A stretch of DNA of 64,000 nucleotides from assembly GCA_030750465.1 (NCBI GenBank), contig JASMHZ010000002.1, forward strand, positions 1,948 to 65,947, read 5' to 3'. The notes below the pieces were generated by a model. That model made no database searches. It saw only the letters and a list, made by a program, of their open reading frames with translations, and was not told where the DNA came from. A program made the position numbers and the translations under genes. This document shows positions 18,451-26,240 of the stretch, one piece after another (position 1 is the stretch's first letter; every line of letters begins with the position of its first letter). Source of the DNA: Candidatus Peribacteraceae bacterium (GTDB taxonomy: Bacteria; Patescibacteriota; Gracilibacteria; Peribacterales; Peribacteraceae).

Positions 18451-18762
18451 TCAATATAAAGGCGTCCCATCCTTCGCAATCATAATGATACCAGGATCAT
18501 CCAAGGGTTCCTGCTCCTGAATCTCTTTCATGAGTAGCAGGAGGGCAATTGCATTGCTGAAATCGAAGTTTTCCCATTTCTCATTCAGCTTTTCTCTGAA
18601 TTCGGAATCCATGAGTGCAAACGGTTGATCAGCTGCGATATGAAAGCAACGAGAAGGACTGGACTGGCTTCGAGGAAGACATCCTTGAGAGCTAGAGAGA
18701 CTCAAGCTCTCGAAATGGCTTAGATCAACGACATTGGCCAAAATGACCAAAATAGTTTGCAA
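18451..18762 (-). CDS. hypothetical protein (start uncertain)
   Basis: 103-aa ORF. Only the C-terminal ~52 aa (MDSEFREKLNEKW...) look protein-like. Confidence 0.3.
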   Translation of the reverse strand: MQTILVILANVVDLSHFESLSLSSSQGCLPRSQSSPSRCFHIAADQPFALMDSEFREKLNEKWENFDFSNAIALLLLMKEIQEQEPLDDPGIIMIAKDGTPLY

Positions 18763-18776
18763 TCGTTCAAACTATT

Positions 18777-19040
18777 TCAGGACATTTTTCTTCTTCGATT
18801 CGGTACAAGATGCCGGTAGCGAAACATCGTTCCCGAACCCGACTTCAGGTACTTCTCAAACACAAGAGCCTGTTCTTTCGTGGGAAACGAACAAGCAAAT
18901 TTCAGCTTCCAAGGACGATGCTTGGAGGTATGTGGCACCTCTCCGTTATTGTGTTTCTCAAGCCGCTTTTTCACATCCTGCGTCGAGCCAACGTACTGTC
19001 GACCTTCGTCGTTTTCGAGGATGTAGACGTAGTGCCACAT
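18777..19040 (-). CDS. GIY-YIG nuclease superfamily small protein
   Basis: YVYILENDEGRQYVGSTQDVKKRLEKHN is the GIY-YIG core. The length of 87 aa is typical of the stand-alone UPF0213-type proteins. Confidence 0.8.
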   Translation of the reverse strand: MWHYVYILENDEGRQYVGSTQDVKKRLEKHNNGEVPHTSKHRPWKLKFACSFPTKEQALVFEKYLKSGSGTMFRYRHLVPNRRRKMS

Positions 19041-19158
19041 AGGTCGAACATTCTATGTTTTTTGAGTTGGCCTGCCAACCGTAGCCAGGAGGTCCTGACT
19101 GAAAAGTCAACCTCCGCTCGCTGCGGCGAGGCTACGGTTGACAACCTCCTGCGGAGGT

Positions 19159-19235
19159 TGGTGGAGCTGGAGGGACTCGAACCCTCGACCTTCTGATTGC
19201 GAACCAGACGCTCTAGCCAGCTGAGCTACAGCCCC
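19159..19235 (-). tRNA. tRNA-Ala (anticodon CGC), CCA encoded
   Basis: Acceptor stem GGGGCTG/CAGCTCC with the G3:U70 Ala identity pair, and anticodon loop TTCGCAA. Confidence 0.93.
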
Positions 19236-19322
19236 AAGTGTTTCTATTATGATAGATGATCAGAATAATGGCTAGAGCGCAGACTTATTAAATGGCTCGC
19301 TCCCGCTTCGCGGGCGCTCGAC
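19236..19322 (-). promoter_or_regulatory. conserved tRNA promoter/leader cassette (tRNA-Ala copy)
   Basis: 87 nt homologous to 5373-5458. On the minus strand CATAAT lies at 19246-19251 and TAGCCA lies 17 nt upstream of it. Confidence 0.55.
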
Positions 19323-19363
19323 AGCCAGCTGACCTGCCTGCCGGCAGGCAGGGCTACAGCCCC
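19323..19363 (-). repeat. echo of the tRNA-Ala 5' end, split by the 20-bp palindrome
   Basis: AGCCAGCTGA[CCTGCCTGCCGGCAGGCAGG]GCTACAGCCCC compared with the uninterrupted AGCCAGCTGAGCTACAGCCCC at 19215-19235. Confidence 0.65.
19333..19352. repeat. 20-bp perfect palindrome CCTGCCTGCCGGCAGGCAGG, copy 1
   Basis: Perfect dyad. The same 20-mer occurs at 23598-23617, and at 40410-40429 with one mismatch. Confidence 0.85.
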
Positions 19364-19425
19364 AAAACAATAGAATATTATTCGATTGTCTTTTGATTAG
19401 AAAGAGAATTAAGTATAATTACAAC

Positions 19426-19445
19426 GTGGCTCGGTAGTTCAGTTG
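19426..19445 (+). repeat. decayed echo of the tRNA-Phe 5' end
   Basis: GTGGCTCGGTAGTTCAGTTG compared with the tRNA region GTGGCCCGGTAGCTCAGTTG, 97 nt downstream. It is preceded by TATAAT at 19414-19419. Confidence 0.55.
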
Positions 19446-19524
19446 CCTAGCCGAGGCCTGCCGAGGCGTAATATAATAAGCACGCTCGTTCTAATTCACA
19501 TCATCGACGTTGTAAAACCCATGT

Positions 19525-19600
19525 GGCCCGGTAGCTCAGTTGGTAGAGCACTCGCTTGAAGAGCGAGGTGTCGTCAGTTCGATCCTGACCTGGGCCACCA
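19525..19600 (+). tRNA. tRNA-Phe (anticodon GAA), CCA encoded
   Basis: Acceptor stem GGCCCGG/CTGGGCC, anticodon stem CTCGC/GCGAG, loop TTGAAGA. Confidence 0.93.
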
Positions 19601-19774
19601 TTAGCTTCCGCAAGCCATTTATTTGGAATATCGTTGCTATAACTTTTTGGATCATTACAATTGCAGTTGATGAGCCAAAGAGAATTTATTGATGACCTTG
19701 GTCCAGAAAGCGGGCTGCGGCTAGTGCAACCTATTCCAATAAATAACCGATTTGAAAAAATAAAATGCACTAAA

Positions 19775-21079
19775 TCAGAGATAATTATTCACTGGTATTC
19801 CACCAATAATCACATCAACATCATTTTCTCCAATCTCATTCTCCAGCGTTTGTTTAAGGCCGATTCGCTCCAATACGTCCCTGAATCTTTGTACTGCTCC
19901 TTCCTTAGAAAAATCAGTCATCACAGTAAATTGCTCTAGTCTTTTACCGCTGACGATGATTGATCCATCAGATTGTTTCTCGATCTGGTAGGCACCCATT
20001 TTATTAGAATCATCCAGAGGCTTAAGCGTTGGTATCTTGTCGGGGTCCTCTTTGACCGGTACGCGTTTCTCTCGTTCTTCCAAAACTATCGGATGTATCT
20101 TCTTTGTAAGAAGATCTGTTCCTTCGCGTGTTGCGGAAGAGATGCTCATAAATATATCGATGCCAAGTTTCTTTAGCTCAGTTTCAATTGAATCTGAGTT
20201 ATCTGCAATCAAATCAATTTTGTTAAGTATCACAAATTCTTTCTTTTTCGAAAGGGTAGGGGAGTAAGCCTCCAACTCCTTTCTGATTGCATCGTAATCC
20301 TCTTTAAGTTTTTCTACATTAACTTCGGTTCCTTCAAGTGCACGGCTGACGTCGAGTAAGTGAAGTAATATCCCGCATCGTTCAATGTGCCTTAGGAATT
20401 TATCTCCTAGGCCTTTGCCTTCGCTTGCACCTTCGATGAGTCCTGGAACATCACAGACAATGTAAGAACGGTCCTCGACATCTACAACTCCCAGATTGGG
20501 GACAAGTGTTGTAAATGGATAATCTGCAATCTTTGGTTTAGCTGAACTAATGACCGAGATAAGAGTTGATTTACCAACGCTCGGGTATCCGATGATTCCA
20601 ACATCGGCGACAAGCTTAAGTTCCAGCTTGATAATCTTCTCTTCACCCGGCTCTCCCAATTCTGCAAAGTCCGGTTTTTGCCTGACAGAAGATTTGAAGT
20701 GAGAATTTCCAAAACCTCCTTTGCCTCCGTGGGCAATCACAACTTTCTGACCATTTACAGATAAGTCTGCAAGGTGTTCGCCATTTTCGCCTGTAACAAC
20801 AGTCCCAGGGGGTACCTTTAGCAATAGATCTTCTCCGCCTCTACCATTCATGTTTTTCCCGAGACCCATTTTGCCCTTTGGAGCTCCAAAGCGTTTGTCC
20901 GAGGCGTAGTCGCTTAGGGTATCTGTATTCTCATCTGCAATTAAGATTACATTTCCTCCACCTCCGCCATCGCCTCCATTAGGACCACCTCTGGGTACAT
21001 ACTTTTCCCGCCTGTAGCTTACACAGCCTTTTCCGCCATAGCCTCCGGAAACATCGATGGTGGCTTCATCTAAAAACAT
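19775..21079 (-). CDS. obg: GTPase Obg/CgtA
   Basis: Glycine-rich Obg fold (GGYGGKGCVSYRREKYVPRGGPNGGDGGGGG), G1 motif GYPSVGKST, G3 motif DVPGLIEGA, and a C-terminal OCT domain. Confidence 0.95.
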   Translation of the reverse strand: MFLDEATIDVSGGYGGKGCVSYRREKYVPRGGPNGGDGGGGGNVILIADENTDTLSDYASDKRFGAPKGKMGLGKNMNGRGGEDLLLKVPPGTVVTGENGEHLADLSVNGQKVVIAHGGKGGFGNSHFKSSVRQKPDFAELGEPGEEKIIKLELKLVADVGIIGYPSVGKSTLISVISSAKPKIADYPFTTLVPNLGVVDVEDRSYIVCDVPGLIEGASEGKGLGDKFLRHIERCGILLHLLDVSRALEGTEVNVEKLKEDYDAIRKELEAYSPTLSKKKEFVILNKIDLIADNSDSIETELKKLGIDIFMSISSATREGTDLLTKKIHPIVLEEREKRVPVKEDPDKIPTLKPLDDSNKMGAYQIEKQSDGSIIVSGKRLEQFTVMTDFSKEGAVQRFRDVLERIGLKQTLENEIGENDVDVIIGGIPVNNYL

Positions 21080-21143
21080 GAAAAGGTTAAAAGTTAAAAG
21101 TTAAGAGTGAATAGTTATTTACAATAACAGTAAGAAGTTTAAA

Positions 21144-21173
21144 GTGAATAGTGAATAGTGAATAGTGAATAGT
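21144..21173. repeat. tandem GAATAGT heptamer arm (left arm flanking the four-helix-bundle gene)
   Basis: GT(GAATAGT)x4, complementary to 21552-21583. It abuts the stop codon at 21173-21175. Confidence 0.8.
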
Positions 21174-21526
21174 TAGTTATTCTTCTTAGAAGTTTTCACA
21201 ATTGCGGTTAGCAGTTTTATTAACTCATTCACTTTTATCAATAATTCTTTAACTTCCGATTTTTTGCTTGATCCAACTACGTTGATAAGTTGAAGCCAAT
21301 ATCTGGTTTCTCTCGCCTCCTTTAATGCAATATGCATTTTATGAGCAAAATCTTTTTTGCTTTCTGCATATTGTGCTTCCTGAATATTTGCTCCAATACT
21401 GGTCCCAGATCTAAGTAATTGTTTGCTGATAACAAAAGCCTTTTTATTATTCAGATGACCACAGAATTCTATTATCAAAACGGAGAATTCAAATGATTTT
21501 ACCTCTGCTGGTCCATTTTCTTGCAT
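21173..21526 (-). CDS. four-helix-bundle protein (23S rRNA intervening-sequence protein family)
   Basis: The family core QLLRSGTSIGANIQEAQYAESKKDFAHKMHIALKEARETRYWLQLI, and a length of 117 aa. Confidence 0.85.
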   Translation of the reverse strand: MQENGPAEVKSFEFSVLIIEFCGHLNNKKAFVISKQLLRSGTSIGANIQEAQYAESKKDFAHKMHIALKEARETRYWLQLINVVGSSKKSEVKELLIKVNELIKLLTAIVKTSKKNN

Positions 21527-21551
21527 AGCGGATCAATATACATAAAAAGGA

Positions 21552-21583
21552 CACTATTCACTATTAACTATTCACTATTCATT
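21552..21583. repeat. ACTATTC heptamer arm (right arm, inverted copy of 21144-21173)
   Basis: The reverse complement of cactattcactattaactattcactattcatt is aatGAATAGTGAATAGTTAATAGTGAATAGTg. Confidence 0.8.
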
Positions 21584-21619
21584 AAATCTTCATAAGCAAA
21601 AATATCGAGATTATACTCA

Positions 21620-21648
21620 TTGACGAGCTAGTATTAGCACTCTATACT
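21620..21648 (+). promoter_or_regulatory. sigma-70-type promoter of dnaK (TTGACG-N17-TATACT)
   Basis: -35 at 21620-21625 and -10 at 21643-21648, about 30 nt upstream of the dnaK ATG. Confidence 0.6.
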
Positions 21649-21660
21649 TCCGACTGCTAA
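21634..21660 (+). promoter_or_regulatory. CIRCE operator (HrcA binding site)
   Basis: TTAGCACTC-N9-GACTGCTAA compared with the consensus TTAGCACTC-N9-GAGTGCTAA (1 mismatch). It overlaps the dnaK promoter. Confidence 0.8.
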
Positions 21661-21678
21661 ATTTACCCATAACATATT

Positions 21679-23580
21679 ATGTCAAAAATCATTGGAATCG
21701 ACCTAGGAACAACAAATTCCTGCATGGCTGTAATAGAAGGCGGAGAGCCCGTAATTATACCAAATGCGGAAGGGAACAGGACCACTCCATCAGTTGTAGC
21801 ATTCAAAGACTCGGAAGTGATGGTAGGCGTTGCTGCCAAGAGGCAGGCTGTTACTAATCCAAAGAACACCATATTCTCTGCAAAAAGATTTGTAGGGCGA
21901 AGGCATGATGAAGTTAAAGAAGACGCAAAGCATATGCCTTTTGAAGTAAAGTCAGGTAAAGAGGGGAGAGTAACAATTGATGTAAATGGAAAAGAAATGC
22001 TTCCTCAGGAAATAAGCGCAAAGGTTCTACAAAAACTTAAGAAAGATGCAGAGGCTTATCTTGGAACAACTGTTGATAAAGCAGTAATTACTGTTCCTGC
22101 TTACTTCGATGATTCACAGAGAAAGGCTACCGAGAATGCGGGTAAGATTGCAGGACTGGAAGTAGAAAGAATTATTAATGAACCTACTGCTGCCGCTCTT
22201 GCTTACGGTCTTGATAAAGGAAATGAACACAAGATTGTAGTTTATGACCTTGGAGGTGGAACGTTTGATGTAACTGTTCTCGAGATTTCCGGTGATGGAC
22301 ATTTTGAAGTTCTCTCAACTAACGGAGATACACAATTGGGAGGAGATGACTTCGACAAGGTAATCATCTTCCACATACTTGAGGAATTTAAGAAAGATCA
22401 GGGCGTGGATCTAAGTAAAGATAACATCGCGCTTCAACGACTTAAGGAAGGTGCAGAAAAAGCAAAGATTGAACTCAGCTCGGTAACAGAAACCGAGATC
22501 AACCTGCCATTCATTACAGCAGACTCAAGCGGACCTAAACATCTGAATATGAAACTAAGCCGTGCCAAGCTGGAGTCTTTAATTTCTGATCTTGTTGAAA
22601 AGACTTCCAAGCCTTGCGAGCAAGCTCTTAAAGATGCGAAGCTGGATAAAGGAGATATCGCAGAAGTTGTGCTTGTAGGAGGAATGACGCGCATGCCTTT
22701 TGTGCAGGCAAAGGTTAAGGAAATGTTCGGTAAAGATCCTCATCAAGGAGTGAATCCCGACGAGGTTGTCGCAATAGGAGCTGCTATTCAAGCCGGTCAA
22801 ATCGGAGGCGACATAGATCGTGATATTACGATTGTCGATGTAACACCTCTTAGTTTAGGAATTGAAACTCTTGGAGGTGTTGCTACAAAGCTTATTGAAA
22901 AGAATATGAAAATCCCTACAAAGAAGAGTCAGATCTTCTCAACTGCTGCGGATAATCAGCCGTCAGTCGAGGTTCACGTGGTACAAGGAGAGCGTGAGAT
23001 GGCAAGTGATAACAAATCGCTCGGGCGATTTATTCTGGACGGTATTCCTCCTTCACCTCGTGGTGTTCCTCAGATCGAAGTCACATTCGACATTGATACT
23101 AATGGAATCCTTCATGTGACTGCGAAGGACAAGGGAACCAATAAGGAACAGCACATCACTATTCAGGGTTCAACAGGGCTATCTGACGAAGAGGTTGATA
23201 AGATGAAGAAAGATGCAGAAGTTCATGCGGAAGAAGATAAGAAGAAGAAAGAAGAGATTGATATCAGAAACAATGCTGACGCGCTTGTATTCAACTTAGA
23301 GAAGCAAATGCGCGATCATGACGATAAGATCGAAGATGACCTCAAGAAGAAGGTAAACACGAAGATAGGGGACCTTAAGGATCTCCTTAAGAAAGATGGT
23401 GCATCCTCAGAAGATATTAAGAAAGCAACCGAAGACCTTTCAGCTGAGGCGCAGGAAATCGGGAAGATTGTGTATGAGGCGGCAGCTAAGGAGAACCAGG
23501 GTCAGAGTAAGGATGAGGGCAATCAGAAAAAGGATGACAAGGTTGTTGATGCGGAGGTTGTGGATGAGAAGAAGGAGTAA
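21679..23580 (+). CDS. dnaK: molecular chaperone DnaK (Hsp70)
   Basis: Motifs [18 protein letters not shown] and [10 protein letters not shown], and a length of 633 aa. Confidence 0.97.
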   Translation: MSKIIGIDLGTTNSCMAVIEGGEPVIIPNAEGNRTTPSVVAFKDSEVMVGVAAKRQAVTNPKNTIFSAKRFVGRRHDEVKEDAKHMPFEVKSGKEGRVTIDVNGKEMLPQEISAKVLQKLKKDAEAYLGTTVDKAVITVPAYFDDSQRKATENAGKIAGLEVERIINEPTAAALAYGLDKGNEHKIVVYDLGGGTFDVTVLEISGDGHFEVLSTNGDTQLGGDDFDKVIIFHILEEFKKDQGVDLSKDNIALQRLKEGAEKAKIELSSVTETEINLPFITADSSGPKHLNMKLSRAKLESLISDLVEKTSKPCEQALKDAKLDKGDIAEVVLVGGMTRMPFVQAKVKEMFGKDPHQGVNPDEVVAIGAAIQAGQIGGDIDRDITIVDVTPLSLGIETLGGVATKLIEKNMKIPTKKSQIFSTAADNQPSVEVHVVQGEREMASDNKSLGRFILDGIPPSPRGVPQIEVTFDIDTNGILHVTAKDKGTNKEQHITIQGSTGLSDEEVDKMKKDAEVHAEEDKKKKEEIDIRNNADALVFNLEKQMRDHDDKIEDDLKKKVNTKIGDLKDLLKKDGASSEDIKKATEDLSAEAQEIGKIVYEAAAKENQGQSKDEGNQKKDDKVVDAEVVDEKKE

Positions 23581-23585
23581 GAGGT

Positions 23586-23624
23586 GTATGTACAATGCCT
23601 GCCTGCCGGCAGGCAGGTACATAC
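23586..23624. repeat. 20-bp palindrome copy 2 inside an extended hairpin (possible dnaK terminator)
   Basis: GTATGTAC-AAT-G-CCTGCCTGCCGGCAGGCAGG-TACATAC, 6 nt after the dnaK stop. No T-tract follows. Confidence 0.6.
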
Positions 23625-23725
23625 AGCCAATTGAATGGATAATACAGCTGTATATGGCTGATATAAGTCATTTGCTCATTTTTCTTAAATATATTATAAT
23701 ATAAGTACAAACACCTAATACAAAT

Positions 23726-24106
23726 ATGACTGAACAAACAGACGGTAAAGAAGAGCCATCAGCACTAGAAACAGCAGAGTCACTACTCGCTGAGGTTAAA
23801 GCTATTGATGATCCGGAGGAGCGTGGTGATGAATTGGATTTTCTTTTCCGAAATCTTGTTGATGAACAGCAAGTCGAGCCCCGTATAAGAGCTGTTCTAG
23901 AGGAGATTAGACAATTATCAACAGAAGTTGCCGGTCAATTTGAAGAGGATGGTGATACTCGTATGCAATGGAAAAGATATACTCACTTTGTAGATGAAAT
24001 GAATAGGAAATTAAGTTCTAGCAAAGTGGAGGTAGCAAGAAGAAGAAGGGATGGAAATGTCGTAAGAGACGATTGGAGTCAGACAGTCGGTAGACAGGAT
24101 GCATAG
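23726..24106 (+). CDS. hypothetical acidic protein
   Basis: 126-aa ORF. No motif recognised and it is not GrpE-like. Confidence 0.45.
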   Translation: MTEQTDGKEEPSALETAESLLAEVKAIDDPEERGDELDFLFRNLVDEQQVEPRIRAVLEEIRQLSTEVAGQFEEDGDTRMQWKRYTHFVDEMNRKLSSSKVEVARRRRDGNVVRDDWSQTVGRQDA

Positions 24107-24119
24107 TTGATTGAAGAAA

Positions 24120-25130
24120 TTAGAGCTTCCCACCAACGTACTGCGCAAGCTCTACCATCCTATTACTGTAACCCCATTCGTTGTCGTACCAAGCTAAAGT
24201 TTTAACGAGAGTGATTCCATCTTCAGTATGAACTTTGGTGCTAAGTGCATCGACAATTGAGCTTCTGGGATCGCCGACGTAATCGACTAGGACCAATGGT
24301 TTTTCTTCGTATCCGAGTATTCCCTTCAGTTCTTTATCGGAAGCTTTTTTGAATACGGCATTTACTTCTTCTTCAGAAACCTCCTTTTCAACAATGGAAG
24401 TCAGATCAACAATAGATCCTGTAAGAGTTGGAGTTCGGATAGACATCCCATCCAGCTTTCCTTGTAGTTCAGGTAATACCAAACCAACGGCTTTAGCGGC
24501 TCCCGTTGTCGTTGGAATCAAGTTATTCATTGCAGATCTCGCACGCCTCCAGTCCTTGTCCGGACCATCTACGAGCTTCTGACTCGAAGTCCAGCTATGA
24601 ATTGTGGTCATAAATCCTTGTTTAACTGTGAAGTTATCGTGAAGAACCTTCACCATAGGAGCTAGGCACATAGTTGTACAAGACGCATTGGAAATTATGT
24701 CCATCGATGGTTCGTAAGTTTCGTGGTTTACTCCCATTACAAACGTGCCATCGATCTCGTCTTTTGCGGGGGCCGAGATTATTACTTTCTTTGCTCCGGC
24801 ATCTAAGTGTTTTTGTGCCCCTTCTCGTTTTCTAAATACTCCAGTGCATTCCAGAACAACATCAACCTTCATTTCCTTATGCGGAAGCTCAGAAGGATCC
24901 TTAATGTCGGTCATCTTTATCTCGCCATGCTTTGTTACAAGTTTGTCATCCGTAACTTTCTTTACGCACGCGTAATGCCCGTATGTACTATCGTGCTCAA
25001 GCAAATGAGCAAGCATGTCATTCGGAGATAAGTCATTAATCAGCACAACGTTAATATCCGGATACTTCTCGCAAATTATGCGGAAACACTGGCGCCCGAT
25101 GCGTCCGAAACCGTTTATGGCAAGGTTCAT
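24120..25130 (-). CDS. gap: glyceraldehyde-3-phosphate dehydrogenase, type I (paralog 1)
   Basis: INGFGRIGRQ, the catalytic SNASCTTMCLAP, and WYDNEWGYS. ATG at 25130; a TTG at 25163 is possible. Confidence 0.93.
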   Translation of the reverse strand: MNLAINGFGRIGRQCFRIICEKYPDINVVLINDLSPNDMLAHLLEHDSTYGHYACVKKVTDDKLVTKHGEIKMTDIKDPSELPHKEMKVDVVLECTGVFRKREGAQKHLDAGAKKVIISAPAKDEIDGTFVMGVNHETYEPSMDIISNASCTTMCLAPMVKVLHDNFTVKQGFMTTIHSWTSSQKLVDGPDKDWRRARSAMNNLIPTTTGAAKAVGLVLPELQGKLDGMSIRTPTLTGSIVDLTSIVEKEVSEEEVNAVFKKASDKELKGILGYEEKPLVLVDYVGDPRSSIVDALSTKVHTEDGITLVKTLAWYDNEWGYSNRMVELAQYVGGKL

Positions 25131-25175
25131 AGATTTAGGGGAATGTTGGAGATACTTTATCAAGAACTCGATAAA

Positions 25176-25210
25176 GAGTGAATAGTGAATAGTTAATAGT
25201 GAATAGTATT
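25176..25210. repeat. solo GAATAGT-family arm
   Basis: GAATAGTGAATAGTTAATAGTGAATAGT is 28 nt identical to the reverse complement of the arm at 21552-21583. No partner arm is nearby. Confidence 0.75.
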
Positions 25211-25296
25211 GTATTTATTGTCTGGCTGAACTAACGAGTCTCCTTCTAAATTGTCCTTAATTAAATGGTCCTCTGAAAAAATCTGACATAAGGAAG

Positions 25297-26124
25297 TTAT
25301 GCTAATTTAGCATAGTTATTTTGCAACAAAATAGTGTCTTCTTCAAGGTTGGGGGATTCGCATACCAAAACACCTTCAATCTGGCGTTTTTTGAGTACTT
25401 TAAGGTATTCCTTCCACTTTGCATCGCTTTTTTTGAGGACCAGGTGCCTCCTTTCACCCTTGGCTGTGTACTCGATGCCTGAATAGTGGAGGTGCATGTT
25501 TTTAAGTGATTTCTTGCCTAAGTACTTCTCATATACATCAAAAACCTCATTAAATTCCTTTGTTGAGTTATATCCTCCATTAGTCCTTGCGTGAAGATGA
25601 GCGATGTCAACGCATGGATAGATATCAAATTCCTTGCTGATCTTAAGTACCTCCTCAAGCGTCCCGAATTGGGTACCTTTACCCATTGTCTCATAAGCTA
25701 AATTGACTGAAGGGAAAAGCTTGGGTTTCTTTTGCATAATCTCAGCTGTAGCCTTTTGGACGTTTGTGAATGCAATATCCGGTTCCATTCCAAGATAAAA
25801 TGCAGGATGAACGCAGACTGACTTTGCTCCTGCAAGCTCTGCCATTTCCAGTGCTTTTAGAATTCTTTTCTTTGAAGCTTCAAGTTTTTCGGGTTCCTTA
25901 GCATTTAAGTTTACAAAGTATGGAGCATGTACAGTTAGAGTAACATTAAGTGCTTTAGAAACTGCTTTGATCTCTGCCATTCTCTTTGGAGCATCCGGCA
26001 CTCTTTGCACCCATTCTATTTCTAATGCATTGATGCCAAGTTCAGAAGATTGCTTGATGCCCTCGACGGTTCCGCCCGGAGCGGGAGTTGAAAGGGGAGA
26101 GCCTGCGACAGCGAAGTGAAGCAT
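25297..26124 (-). CDS. endonuclease IV-like AP endonuclease (xylose isomerase-like TIM barrel)
   Basis: It lines up with the Nfo blocks: HAPYFVNL, VHPAF, YETMGKGTQFG, CVDIAHLHA and VCESPN. Confidence 0.65.
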   Translation of the reverse strand: MLHFAVAGSPLSTPAPGGTVEGIKQSSELGINALEIEWVQRVPDAPKRMAEIKAVSKALNVTLTVHAPYFVNLNAKEPEKLEASKKRILKALEMAELAGAKSVCVHPAFYLGMEPDIAFTNVQKATAEIMQKKPKLFPSVNLAYETMGKGTQFGTLEEVLKISKEFDIYPCVDIAHLHARTNGGYNSTKEFNEVFDVYEKYLGKKSLKNMHLHYSGIEYTAKGERRHLVLKKSDAKWKEYLKVLKKRQIEGVLVCESPNLEEDTILLQNNYAKLA

Positions 26125-26133
26125 GTCAAAATT

Positions 26134-26232
26134 ATAGCTTTTAGCTTTTAGCTTGGTTAGCTTTAATTAGTGGCAATAAATTGGTGATTACAGGCTGAAG
26201 CTAGTGAAGCTAAAAGCTATAAGCTAAGCTAT
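26134..26232. repeat. inverted repeat built from AGCTTTT/AGCTAAA words in a divergent promoter region
   Basis: Left arm atagcttttagcttttagcttggttagcttta. Right arm gaagctagtgaagctaaaagctataagctaagctat. Confidence 0.7.
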
Positions 26233-26240
26233 TGGTAATT

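Noticed and set aside
16550-19168. I considered calling the tRNA-Ala-adjacent region a prophage or integrative element.
   Set aside because: - There are no integrase, recombinase or phage structural genes.
- Only an 11-bp repeat and a compositional impression support it.
- I kept it as a hypothesis in the findings and did not annotate it as a mobile-element feature.
18734-19196. Plus-strand ORFs 18734-19042 and 18810-19196, and minus-strand ORF 19501-19770.
   Set aside because: They overlap the GIY-YIG gene in antisense or run straight through the tRNA-Ala and tRNA-Phe genes and the hairpin repeats. They are not credible CDS.
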